Positions 1 through 12,500 of a stretch of 64,000 nucleotides of DNA are shown piece after piece. A program made the translations under genes and the position numbers. Source of the DNA: Eledone cirrhosa (taxonomy: Eukaryota); contig OZ024740.1 of NCBI GenBank assembly GCA_964016885.1, forward strand, positions 16,368,001 to 16,432,000, written 5' to 3'. Every line of letters starts with the position of its first letter. Positions within the stretch are counted from its first letter, which is position 1. Under the pieces are notes generated by a model, which saw nothing but the letters and a program-made list of their open reading frames with translations, did not search any database and had not been told where the DNA came from.

Positions 1-272
1 TTGCTTCTAGACAGAGGTTTACATGGAGACATCAGTGTAAATATGGTGGCTTCTGGACAGAGGTTTACAGGGAGACCTCAGTGTAAATATGGTGGCTTCT
101 GGACAGAGGTTTACAAGGAGACATCAGTGTAAATATGGTGGCTTCTGGACAGAGCTTTACAGGGAGACATTAGTGAAAATATGGTGTCTTCTGGACAGAG
201 CTTTACAAGGAGACATCAGTGTAAATATGGTGGCTTCTGGACAGTGCTTTACAGGTAGACATTAGTGTAAAT

Positions 273-548
273 ATCGTGGCTTCTGGACAGAGCTTTACAG
301 GGAGACATCAGTGTAAATATGGTGGCATCTGGACAGAGGTTTAAAGGGACACATCAGTGTAAATATGATGGCTTCTGGACAGAGCTTTACAGGGAGACAT
401 TAGTGTAAATATCGTGGCTTCTGGACAGAGCTTTCCAGGGAGACATCAGTGTAAATATGGTGGCATCTGGACAGAGGTTTAAAGGGACACATCAGTGTAA
501 ATATGATGGCTTCTAGACAGAGCTTTACAGGGAGACATCAGTGTAAAT
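273..548 (+). repeat. 3-monomer (138-bp) tandem duplication, itself propagated through the array
   Basis: The triplet ATCGTGG.. / GGCATCTGG..TTTAAAGGGACAC / ATGATGG occurs twice in a row (ATCGTGGC at 273 and 411). The same doublet recurs near 2800, 3580 and 14270, in partial form near 6520, 10850 and 17330, and in copy B. Confidence 0.85.
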
Positions 549-2689
549 ATGGTGGGTCCTAGACTAGTTTACAGGGAGACATCTGTGTAAATATGGTGGC
601 TTCTGGACAGAGGTTTACAGGGAGACATCAGTGTAAATATGGTGGATTCTAGACAGAGGTTTACTGGGAGACATCAGTGTAAATATGGTGGCTTCTAGAC
701 AAAGCTTTACAGGGAGACATCAGTGTAAATATGGTGGCTTCTAGACAGAGCTTTACAGGGAGACATCAGTGTAAAAAGGGTGGCTTCTAGACAGAGCTTT
801 ACAGGGAGACATCAGTGTAAAAATGGTTGCTTATGGACAGAGGTTTACAGGGAGACATCAGTGTAAATATGGTGGCTTCTGGACAGAGGTTTACAGGGAG
901 ACATCAGTGTAAATATGTTGGCTTCTAGACAGAGGTTTACAGGGAGATATCAGTGTAAATAAGGTGGCTTCTGGATAGAGGTTTACAGGGAGACATCAGT
1001 GTAAATATGGTGGCTTCTGGACAGAGGTTTACAGGGAGACATCAGTGTAAATATGGTGGCTTCTGGACAGAGCTTTACAGGGAGACATCAGTGTAAATAT
1101 GGTGGCTTCTGGACAGAGGTTTACAGGGAGACATCAGTGTAAATATGGTGGGTCCTAGACAGGTTTACAGGGAGACAACTGTGTAAATATGGTGGCTTCT
1201 GGACAGAGGTTTACAGGGAGACATCAGTGTAAATATGGTGGATTCTAGACAGAGCTTTACAGGGAGACATCAGTGTAAATATGGAGGCTTCTGGACAGAG
1301 TTTTACAGGGAAACATCAGTGTAAAAATGGTTGCTTTTAGACAGAGGTTTACAGGGAGACCTCAGTGTAAATATGGTGGCTTCTGGACAGAGGTTTACAG
1401 GGAGACATTAGTGTAAATATGGTGGCTTCTGGACAAAGCTTTACAGGGAGACATCAGTGTAAATATGGTGGCATCTGGACAGAGGTTTACAGGGACACAT
1501 CAGTGTAACTATGGTGGCTTCTAGACAGAGCTTTACAGGGAGACATCAGTGGTGTAAATATGGTGGCTTCTGGACAGAGATTTACAGGGACACATCAGTG
1601 TAAATATGGTGGCTTCTAGAGAGAGCTTTACAGGGAGATTTCAGAGTAAATATCGTGGCTTCTGGACAAAGCTTTACAGGGAGACATCAGTGTAAATATG
1701 GTGGCTTCTAGTAAGAGATTTACTGGGAGACATCAGTGTAAATATGGTGGCTTCTAGACAGAGCTTTACAGGGAGACAACAGTGTAAATATGGTGGCTTC
1801 TGGACAAAGGTTTACAGAGAGATATCAGTGTAAATATGGTGGCTTCTAGACGGAGGTTTACAGGGAGCCATCAGTGTAAATATGGTGGCTTCTAGACAGA
1901 GCTTTACAGGGAGATATCAGTGTAAATATGGTGGCTTCTGGACAGAGGTTTACAGGGAGACATCAGTGTAAATATGGTGGCATCTGGACAGAGGTTTACA
2001 AGGAGACATCAGTGTAAGTATGGTGGCTTCTGGACAGAGCTTTACAGGGAGATATCAGTGTAAATATGGTGGCTTCTGGACAGAGGTTTACAGGGAGACA
2101 TCAGTGTAAATATGGTGACTTCTGGACAGAGGTTTACAAGGAGACATCAGTGTAGATATGGTGGCTTCTGGACAGAGCTTTACAGGGAGACATTAGTGGA
2201 AATATGGTGGCTTCTGGACAGAGCTTTACAAGGAGACATCAGTGTAAATATGGTGGCTTCTGGACAAAGCTTTACAGGGAGACATTAGTGTAAATATCGT
2301 GGCTTCTGGACAGAGCTTTACAGGGAGACATCAGTGTAAATATGGTGGCATCTGGACAGAGGTTTAAAGGGACACATCAGTGTAAATATGATGGCTTCTA
2401 GACAGAGCTTTACAGGGAGATATCAGTGTAAATATGGTGGCTCCTAGACACTGCTTTGCAGGGAGACATAAGTGTAAATGTGGTGGCTTCTGGACAGAGG
2501 TTTACAGCGGGACATCAGAGTAAATATGGTGGCTTCTAGACAGACGTTTACAGGGAGACATCAGTGTAAATATGGTGGCATCTGGACAGAGGTTTACAGG
2601 GAGACATTAGTGTAAATATGGTGGCTTCTAGACAGAGCTTTACAGGGAGATATCAGAGTAAATATGGTGGCTTGTGGACAGAGCTTTAC

Positions 2690-4190
2690 AGGGAGACATT
2701 AGTGAAAATATGGTGTCTTCTGGACAGAGCTTTACAAGGAGACATCAGTGTAAATATGGTGGCTTCTGGACAGTGCTTTACAGGGAGACATTAGTGTAAA
2801 TATCGTGGCTTCTGGACAGAGCTTTACAGGGAGACATCAGTGTAAATATGGTGGCATCTGGACAGAGGTTTAAAGGGACACATCAGTGTAAATATGATGG
2901 CTTCTGGACAGAGCTTTACAGGGAGACATTAGTGTAAATATCGTGGCTTCTGGACAGAGCTTTCCAGGGAGACATCAGTGTAAATATGGTGGCATCTGGA
3001 CAGAGGTTTAAAGGGACACATCAGTGTAAATATGATGGCTTCTAGACAGAGCTTTACAGGGAGACATCAGTGTAAATATGGTGGCTTCTGGACAAAGGTT
3101 TACAGAGAGATATCAGTGTAAATATGGTGGCTTCTAGACGGAGGTTTACAGGGAGCCATCAGTGTAAATATGGTGGATTCTAGACAGAGCTTTACAAGGA
3201 GACATCAGTGTAAATATGGTTGCTTCTAGACAGTGGTTTACAGGGAGACATCGGTGTAAATATGGTGGCTTCTGGACAGAGGTTTACAGGGAGACATCAG
3301 TGTAAATATGGTTGCTTCTAGACAGAGGTTTACATGGAGACATCAGTGTAAATATGGTGGCTTCTGGACAGAGGTTTACAGGGAGACCTCAGTGTAAATA
3401 TGGTGGCTTCTGGACAGAGGTTTACAAGGAGACATCAGTGTAAATATGGTGGCTTCTGGACAGAGCTTTACAGGGAGACATTAGTGAAAATATGGTGTCT
3501 TCTGGACAGAGCTTTACAAGGAGACATCAGTGTAAATATGGTGGCTTCTGGACAGTGCTTTACAGGGAGACATTAGTGTAAATATCGTGGCTTCTGGACA
3601 GAGCTTTACAGGGAGACATCAGTGTAAATATGGTGGCATCTGGACAGAGGTTTAAAGGGACACATCAGTGTAAATATGATGGCTTCTGGACAGAGCTTTA
3701 CAGGGAGACATTAGTGTAAATATCGTGGCTTCTGGACAGAGCTTTCCAGGGAGACATCAGTGTAAATATGGTGGCATCTGGACAGAGGTTTAAAGGGACA
3801 CATCAGTGTAAATATGATGGCTTCTAGACAGAGCTTTACAGGGAGACATCAGTGTAAATATGGTGGGTCCTAGACAAGTTTACAGGGAGACATCTGTGTA
3901 AATATGGTGGCTTCTGGACAGAGGTTTACAGGAAGACATCAGTGTAAATATGGTGGATTCTAGACAGAGCTTTACAAGGAGACATCAGTGTAAATATGGT
4001 TGCTTCTAGACAGTGGTTTACAGGGAGACATCAGTGTAAATATGGTGGCTTCTGGACAGAGGTTTACAGGGTGACATCAGTGTAAATATGGTTGCTTCTA
4101 GACAGAGGTTTACATGGAGACATCAGTGTAAATATGGTGGCTTCTGGACAGAGGTTTACAGGGAGACCTCAGTGTAAATATGGTGGCTTC
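2690..4190 (+). repeat. 17-monomer (~780-bp) tandem higher-order duplication
   Basis: Marker TTAGTGAAAATATGGTGTC at ~2701 and ~3483 (offset 782 = 17x46). In copy B it is at 44352 and 45132 (offset 780). Downstream variants are collinear. Boundaries approximate. Confidence 0.8.
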
Positions 4191-7100
4191 TAGACAGAGC
4201 TTTACAGGGAGACATCAGTGTAAGTATGGTGGCATCTGGACAGAGGTTTACAGGGAGACATCAGTGTAAATATGTGGCATCTGGACAGAGCTTTACAGGG
4301 ACACATCAGTGTAAATATGGTGGCTTCTAGACAGAGCTTTACAGGGAGATATCAGAGTAAATATGGTGGCTTCTGGACAGAGGTTTACAGGGAGACATCA
4401 GTGTAAATATGGTGGCTTCTAGAGAGAGCTTTACAGGGAGATATCAGAGTAAATATGGTGGCTTCTAGACAGAGGTTTACAGGGAGACATCAGTGTAAAT
4501 ATGGTGGCTTCTAGACAGAGGTTTACAGGGAGCCATCAGTGTAAATATGGTGGCTTCTGGACAGAGGTTTACAGGGAGACATTAGTGTAAGTATGGTGGC
4601 TTCAGGACAGAGCTTTACAGGGAGACATCAGTGTAAATATGTTGGCTTCTGGACAGAAGTTTACAGAGAGCATCATTGTTAATATGGTGGCTTCTGGACA
4701 GAGGTTTACAGGGAGACATCAGTGTAAATATGGTGTGTTCTAGACAGAGGTTTACAGGGAGACATCTGTGTAAATATGGTGGCTTCTGGACAGAGGTTTA
4801 CAGGGAGACATCAGTGTAAATATGGTGGCTTCTAGATAGAGGTTTACAGGGAGACATCAGTGTAAATATGGTGGCTTCTGGACAGAGGTTTACATGGAGA
4901 TATCAGTGTAAATATGGTTGCTTCTTGATAGAGCTTTACAGGGAGATATCAGAGTAAGTATGGTGGGTTCTAGCCAGAGGTTTACAGGGAGACATCAGTG
5001 TAAATATGGTGGCTTCTGGACAGAGTTTTACAGGGAGACATCAGTGTAAATATGTTGGCTTCTGGACAGAAGTTTACAGAGAGTATCAGTGTAAATATGG
5101 TGACTTCTGGACAGAGGTTTACAGGGAGACATCAGTGTAAATATGGTGGCTTCTAGACAGTGCTTTGCAGGGAGACATAAGTGTAAATATGGTGGCTTCT
5201 GGACAGAGGTTTACAGGGAGACATCAGAGTAAATATGGTGGCTTCTAGACAGACGTTTACAGGGAGACATCAGTGTAAATATGGTGGCATCTAGACAGAG
5301 GTTTACAGGGAGACATTAGTGTAAATATGGTGGCTTCTAGACAGAGCTTTACAGGGAGATATCAGAGTAAATATGGTGGCTTCTGGACAGAGGTTTACAG
5401 GGAGACATCAGTGTAAATATGGTGGCATCTGGACAGAGGTTTACAAGGAGACATCAGTGTAAATATGGTGGCTTCTGGACAGAGCTTTACAGGGAGATAT
5501 CAGTATAAATATGGTGGCTTCTGGACAGAGGTTTACAGGGAGACATCAGTGTAAATATGGTGACTTCTGGACAGAGGTTTACAAGGAGACATCAGTGTAG
5601 ATATGGTAGCTTCTGGACAGAGCTTTACAGGGAGACATTAGTGGAAATATGGTGGCTTCTGGACAGAGCTTTACAAGGAGACATCAGTGTAAATATGGTG
5701 GCTTCTGGACAAAGCTTTACAGGGAGACATTAGTGTAAATATCGTGGCTTCTGGACAGAGCTTTACAGGGAGACATCAGTGTAAATATGGTGGCATCTGG
5801 ACAGAGGTTTAAAGGGACACATCAGTGTAAATATGATGGCTTCTAGACAGAGCTTTACAGGGAGATATCAGTGTAAATATGGTGGCTTCTAGACAGTGCT
5901 TTGCAGGGAGACATAAGTGTAAATATGGTGGCTTCTGGACAGAGGTTTACAGGGGGACATCAGAGTAAATATGGTGGCTTCTAGACAGACGTTTACAGGG
6001 AGACATCAGTGTAAATATGGTGGCATCTGGACAGAGGATTACAGGGAGACATTAGTGTAAATATGGTGGCTTCTAGACAGAGCTTTACAGGGAGATATCA
6101 GAGTAAATATGGTGGCTTCTGGACAGAGGTTTACAGGAAGACATCAGTGTAAATATGGTGGCATCTGGACAGAGGTTTACAAGGAGACATCAGTGTAAAT
6201 ATGGTGGCTTCTGGACAGAGATTTACAGGGAGATCTCAGTGTAAATATGGTGGCTTCTGGACAGAGGTTTACAGGGAGACATCAGTGTAAATATGGTGAC
6301 TTCTGGACAGAGGTTTACAAGGAGACATCAGTGTAAATATGGTGGCTTCTGGACAGAGCTTTACAGGGAGACATTAGTGAAAATATGGTGTCTTCTGGAC
6401 AGGGCTTTACAAGGAGACATCAGTGTAAATATGGTGGCTTCTGGACAGAGCTTTACAGGGAGACATTAGTGTAAATATGGTGGCTTCTGGACAGAGCTTT
6501 ACAGGGAGACATCAGTGTAAATATGGTGGCATCTGAACAGAGGTTTAAAGGGACACATCAGTGTAAATATGATGGCTTCTGGACAGAGCTTTACAGGGAG
6601 ACATTAGTGTAAATATCGTGGCTTCTGGACAGAGCTTTACAGGGAGACATCAGTGTAAATATGGTGGCATCTGGACAGAGGTTTAAAGGGACACATCAGT
6701 TTAAATATGATGGCTTCTAGACAGAGCTTTACAGGGAGACATCAGTGTAAATATGGTGGGTCCTAGACAAGTTTACAGGGAGACATCTGTGTAAATAGGT
6801 GGCTTCTGGACAGAGGTTTACAGGGAGACATCAGTGTAAATATGGTTGCTTCTAGACAGTGGTTTACAGGGAGACATCAGTGTAAATATTGTGGCTTCTG
6901 GACAGAGGTTTACAGGGAGACATCAGTGTAAATATGGTTGCTTCTAGACAGAGGTTTACATGGAGACATCAGTGTAAATATGGTGGCTTCTGGACAGAGG
7001 TTTACAGGGAGACCTCAGTGTAAATATGGTGGCTTCTAAACAGAGCTTTACAGGGAGACATCAGTGTAAGTATGGTGGCATCTGGACAGAGGTTTACAGG

Positions 7101-9369
7101 GAGACATCAGTGTAAATATGTGGCATCTGGACAGAGCTTTACAGGGACACATCAGTGTAAATATGGTGGCTTCTAGACAGAGCTTTACAGGGAGATATCA
7201 GAGTAAATATGGTGGCTTCTGGACAGAGGTTTACAGGGAGACATCAGTGTAAATATGGTGGCTTCTAGAGAGAGCTATACAGGGAGATATCAGAGTAAAT
7301 ATGGTGGCTTCTGGACAGAGGTTTACAGGGAGACATCAGTGTAAATATGGTGGCTTCTAGACGGAGGTTTACAGGGAGCCATCAGTGTAAATATGGTGGC
7401 TTCAGGACAGAGCTTTACAGGGAGACATCAGTGTAAATATGTTGGCTTCTGGACAGAAGTTTACAGAGAGCATCATTGTAAATATGGTGGCTTCTGGACA
7501 GAGGTTTACAGGGAGACATCAGTGTAAATATGGTGTGTTCTAGACAGAGGTTTACAGGGAGACATCTGTGTAAATATGGTGGCTTCTGGACAGAGGTTTA
7601 CAGGGAGACAACAGTGTAAATATGGTGGCTTCTAGATAGAGGTTTACAGGGAGACATCAGTGTAAATATGGTGGCTTCTGGACAGAGGTTTACATGGAGA
7701 TATCAGTGTAAATATGGTTGCTTCTTGATAGAGCTTTACAGGGAGATATCAGAGTAAGTATGGTGGGTTCTAGCCAGAGGTTTACAGGGAGACATCAGTG
7801 TAAATATGGTGGCTTCTGGACAGAGTTTTACAGGGAGACATCAGTGTAAATATGGTTGGTTCTAGACAGAGGTTTACTGGGAGACATCTGTGTAAATATG
7901 GTGGCTTCTGTACAGAGGTTTACAGGGAGACATCAGTGTAAATATGGTGGCTTCTAGACAGAGGTTTACTGGGAGACATCACTGTAAATATGGTGTCTTC
8001 TGGACAGAGCTTTACAGGGAGACATTAGTGTAAATATGGTGGCTTCTAGACAGAGCTTTACAGGGAGATATCAGAGTAAATATGGTGGCTTCTGGACAGA
8101 GGTTTACAGGGATACATCAGTGTAAATATGGTGGCTTCTAGACAGAGGTTTACAAGGAGACATCAGCCTAAATATGGTGGCTTCTAGACGGAGGTTTACA
8201 AGGAGATATCAGTGTAAATATGGTTACTTCTGGACAGAGGTTTACAGGGAGATATTAGTGTAAATATGGTGTCTTCTGGACAGAGCTTTACAGGGAGATA
8301 TCAGAGTAAATATGGTGGCTTCTAGACAAAGCTTTACAGGGAGACATCAGTGTAAATATGGTGGCTTCTAGACAGAGGTTTACTGGGAGACATCAGTGTA
8401 AATATGGTGGCTTCTAGACAAAGCTTTACAGGGAGACATCAGTGTAAATATGGTGGCTTCTAGACAGAGCTTTACAGGGAGACATCAGTGTAAAAAGGGT
8501 GGCTTCTAGACAGAGCTTTACAGGGAGACATCACTGTAAAAATGGTTGCTTTAGGACGGAGGTTTACAGGGAGACATCAGTGTAAATATGGTGGCTTCTG
8601 GACAGAGGTTTACAGGGAGACATCAGTGTAAATATGTTGGCTTCTAGACAGAGGTTTACAGGGAAACATCAGTGTAAATATGGTGGCTTCTGGACAGAGC
8701 TTTACAGGGAGATATCAGTGTTAATATGGTGGGTCCTAGACAGGTTTACAGGGAGACATCAGTGTAAATATGGTTGCTTCTAGACAGAGGTTTACAGGGA
8801 GACATCAGTGTAAATATGGTGGCTTCTGGACAGAGGTTTACTGGGAGACATCAGTGTAAAAATGGTTGCTTCTAGACAGAGGTTTACAGGGAGACCTCAG
8901 TGTAAATATGGTGGCTTCTGGACAGAGCTTTACAGGGAGACATCAGTGTAAATATGGTGGCATCTGGACAGAGGTTTACAGGGACACATCAGTGTAAATA
9001 TGGTGGCTTCTAGACAGAGCTTTACAGGGAGACATCAGTGGTGTAAATATGGTGGCTTCTGGACAGAGATTTACAGGGAGACATCAGTGTAAATATGGTG
9101 GCATCTGGACAGAGCTTTACAGGGAGATATCAGAGTAAATATCGTGGCTTCTAGACATAGCTTTACAGGGAGACATCAGTGTAAATATGGTGGCTTCTGG
9201 ACAGAGGTTTACAGGGAGACATCAGTGTAAATATGGTGGGTCCTAGACAGGTTTACAGGGAGACATCTGTGTAAATATGGTGGCTTCTGGACAGAGGTTT
9301 ACAGGGAGACATCAGTGTAAATATGGTGGATTCTAGACAGAGCTTTACAGGGAGACATCAGTGTAAATA

Positions 9370-9550
9370 TGATGGCTTCTGGACAGAGTTTTACAGGGAA
9401 ACATCAGTGTAAAAATGGTTGCTTCTAGACAGAGGTTTACAGGGAGACATCAGTGTAAATATGGTGGCTTCTGGACAGAGTTTTACAGGGAAACATCAGT
9501 GTAAAAATGGTTGCTTCTAGACAGAGGTTTACAGGGAGACCTCAGTGTAA
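9370..9550 (+). repeat. 2-monomer (92-bp) tandem duplication
   Basis: GGACAGAGTTTTACAGGGAAACATCAGTGTAAAAATGGTTGCTTCTAGAC at 9381 and 9473; single copy in the paralog near 1300; also duplicated in copy B near 50570. Confidence 0.8.
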
Positions 9551-12500
9551 ATATGGTGGCTTCTGGACAGAGGTTTACAGGGAGACATTAGTGTAAATAT
9601 GGTGGCTTCTGGACAAAGCTTTACAGGTAGACATCAGTGTAAATATGGTGGCATCTGGACAGAGGTTTACAGGGACACATCAGTGTAAATATGGTGGCTT
9701 CTAGACAGAGCTTTACAGGGAGACATCAGTGGTGTAAATATGGTGGCTTCTGGACAGAGATTTACAGGGACACATCAGTGTAAATATGGTGGCTTCTAGA
9801 GAGAGCTTTACAGGGAGATTTCAGAGTAAATATCGTGGCTTCTGGACAAAGCTTTACAGGGAGACATCAGTGTAAATATGGTAGCTTCTAGTAAGAGATT
9901 TACTGGGAGACATCAGTGTAAATATGGTGGCTTCTAGACAGAGCTTTACAGGGAGACAACAGTGTAAATATGGTGGCTTCTGGACAAAGGTTTACAGAGA
10001 GATATCAGTGTAAATATGGTGGCTTCTAGACAGTGCTTTGCAGGGAGACATAAGTGTAAATATGGTGGCTTCTGGACAGGGGTTTACAGGGAGACATCAG
10101 AGTAAATATGGTGGCTTCTAGACAGACGTTTACAATGAGACATCAGTGTAAATATGGTGGCATCTAGACAGAGGTTTACAGGGAGACATTAGTGTAAATA
10201 TGGTGGCTTCTAGACAGAGCTTTACAGTGAGATATCAGAGTAAATATGGTGGCTTCTGGACAGAGGTTTACAGGGAGACATCAGTGTAAATATGGTGGCA
10301 TCTGGACAGAGGTTTACAAGGAGACATCAGTGTAAATATGGTGGCTTCTGGACAGAGCTTTACAGGGAGATATCAGTGTAAATATGGTGGCTTCTGGACA
10401 GAGGTTTACAGGGAGACATCAGTGTAAATATGGTGACTTCTGGACAGAGGTTTACAAGGAGACATCAGTGTAAATATGGTGGCTTCTGGACAGAGCTTTA
10501 CAGGGAGACATTAGTGGAAATATGGTGGCATCTGGACAGAGGTTTAAAGGGACACATCAGTGTAAATATGATGGCTTCTAGACAGAGCTTTACAGGGAGA
10601 TATCAATGTAAATATGGTGGCTTCTAGACAGTGCTTTGCAGGGAGACATAAGTGTAAATATGGTGGCTTCTGGACAGAGGTTTACAGGGAGACATCAGAG
10701 TAAATATGGTGGCTTCTAGACAGACGTTTACAGGGAGACATCAGTGTAAATATGGTGGCATCTGGACAGAGGTTTACAGGGAGACATTAGTGTAAATATG
10801 GTGGCTTCTAGACAGAGCTTTACAGGGAGATATCAGTGTAAATATGGTGGCATCTGGACAGAGGTTTAAAGGGACACATCAGTGTAAATATGATGGCTTC
10901 TGGACAGAGCTTTACAGGGAGACATTAATGTAAATATCGTGGCTTCTGGACAGAGCTTTACAGGGAGACATCAGTGTAAATATGGTGGCATCTGGACAGA
11001 GGTTTAAAGGGACACATCAGTGTAAATATGATGGCTTCTAGACAGAGCTTTACAGGGAGATATCAGTGTATATATGGTGGCTTCTGGACAGAGGTTTACA
11101 GGGAGACATCAGTGTAAATATGGTTGCTTCTAGACAGAGGTTTACATGGAGACATCAGTGTAAATATGGTGGCTTCTGGACAGAGGTTTACAGGGAGACC
11201 TCAGTGTAAATATGGTGGCATCTAGACAGAGGTTTACAGGGAGACATCAGTGTAAATATGGTGGCTTCTGGACAGATGTTTACAGGGAGACATCAGTGTA
11301 AATATGTGGCATCTGGACAGAGCTTTACAGGGACACATCAGTGTAAATATGGTGGCTTCTAGACAGATCTTTACAGGGAGATATCAGAGTAAATATGGTG
11401 GCTTCTGGACAGAGGTTTACAGGGAGACATCAGTGTAAATATGGTGGCTTCTAGAGAGAGCTTTACAGGGAGATATCGGAGTCAATATGGTGGCTTCTGG
11501 ACAGAGGTTTACAGGGAGACATCAGTGTAAATATGGTGGCTTCTAGACGGTGGTTTACAGGGAGCCATCATTGTAAATATGGTGGCTTCTGGACAGAGGT
11601 TTACAGGGAGACATTAGTGTAAGTATGGTGGCTTCAGGACAGAGCTTTACAGGGAGACATCAGTGTAAATATGTTGGCTTCTGGACAGAAGTTTACAGAG
11701 AGCATCATTGTAAATATGGTGGCTTCTGGACAGAGGTTTACAGGGAGACATCAGTGTAAATATGGTGTGTTCTAGACAGAGGTTTACAGGGAGACATCTG
11801 TGTAAATATGGTGGCTTCTGGACAGAGGTTTACAGGGAGACATCAGTGTAAATATGGTGGCTTCTAGATAGAGGTTTACAGGGAGACATCAGTGTAAATA
11901 TGGTGGCTTCTGGACAGAGGTTTACATGGAGATATCAGTGTAAATATGGTTGCTTCTTGATAGAGCTTTACAGGGAGATATCAGAGTAAGTATGGTGGGT
12001 TCTAGCCAGAGGTTTACAGGGAGACATCAGTGTAAATATGGTGGCTTCTGGACAGAGTTTTACAGGGAGACATCAGTGTAAATATGTTGGCTTCTGGACA
12101 GAAGTTTACAGAGAGTATCAGTGTAAATATGGTGACTTCTGGACAGAGGTTTACAGGGAGACATCTGTGTAAATATGGTTGGTTCTAGACAGAGGTTTAC
12201 AGGGAGACATCTGTGTAAATATGGTGGCTTCTGTAGAGAGGTTTACAGGGAGACATCAGTGTAAATATGGTGGCTTCTAGACAGAGGTTTACTGGGAGAC
12301 ATCACTGTAAATATGGTGTCTTCTGGACAGAGCTTTACAGGGAGACATTAGAGTAAATATGGTGGCTTCTAGACAGAGCTTTACAGGGAGATATCAGAGT
12401 AAATATGGTGGCTTCTGGACAGAGGTTTACAGGGAGACATCAGTGTAAATATGGTGGCTTCTAGACAGAGGTTTACAAGGAGACATCAGCCTAAATATGG

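Noticed and set aside
43-88. Internal ~9-10 bp sub-repeat in the monomer (GACAGAG / TACAGGG / GACATCA)
   Set aside because: Only a 3-4 bp ACA(G) core at irregular spacing (10, 8); too weak to distinguish from chance.
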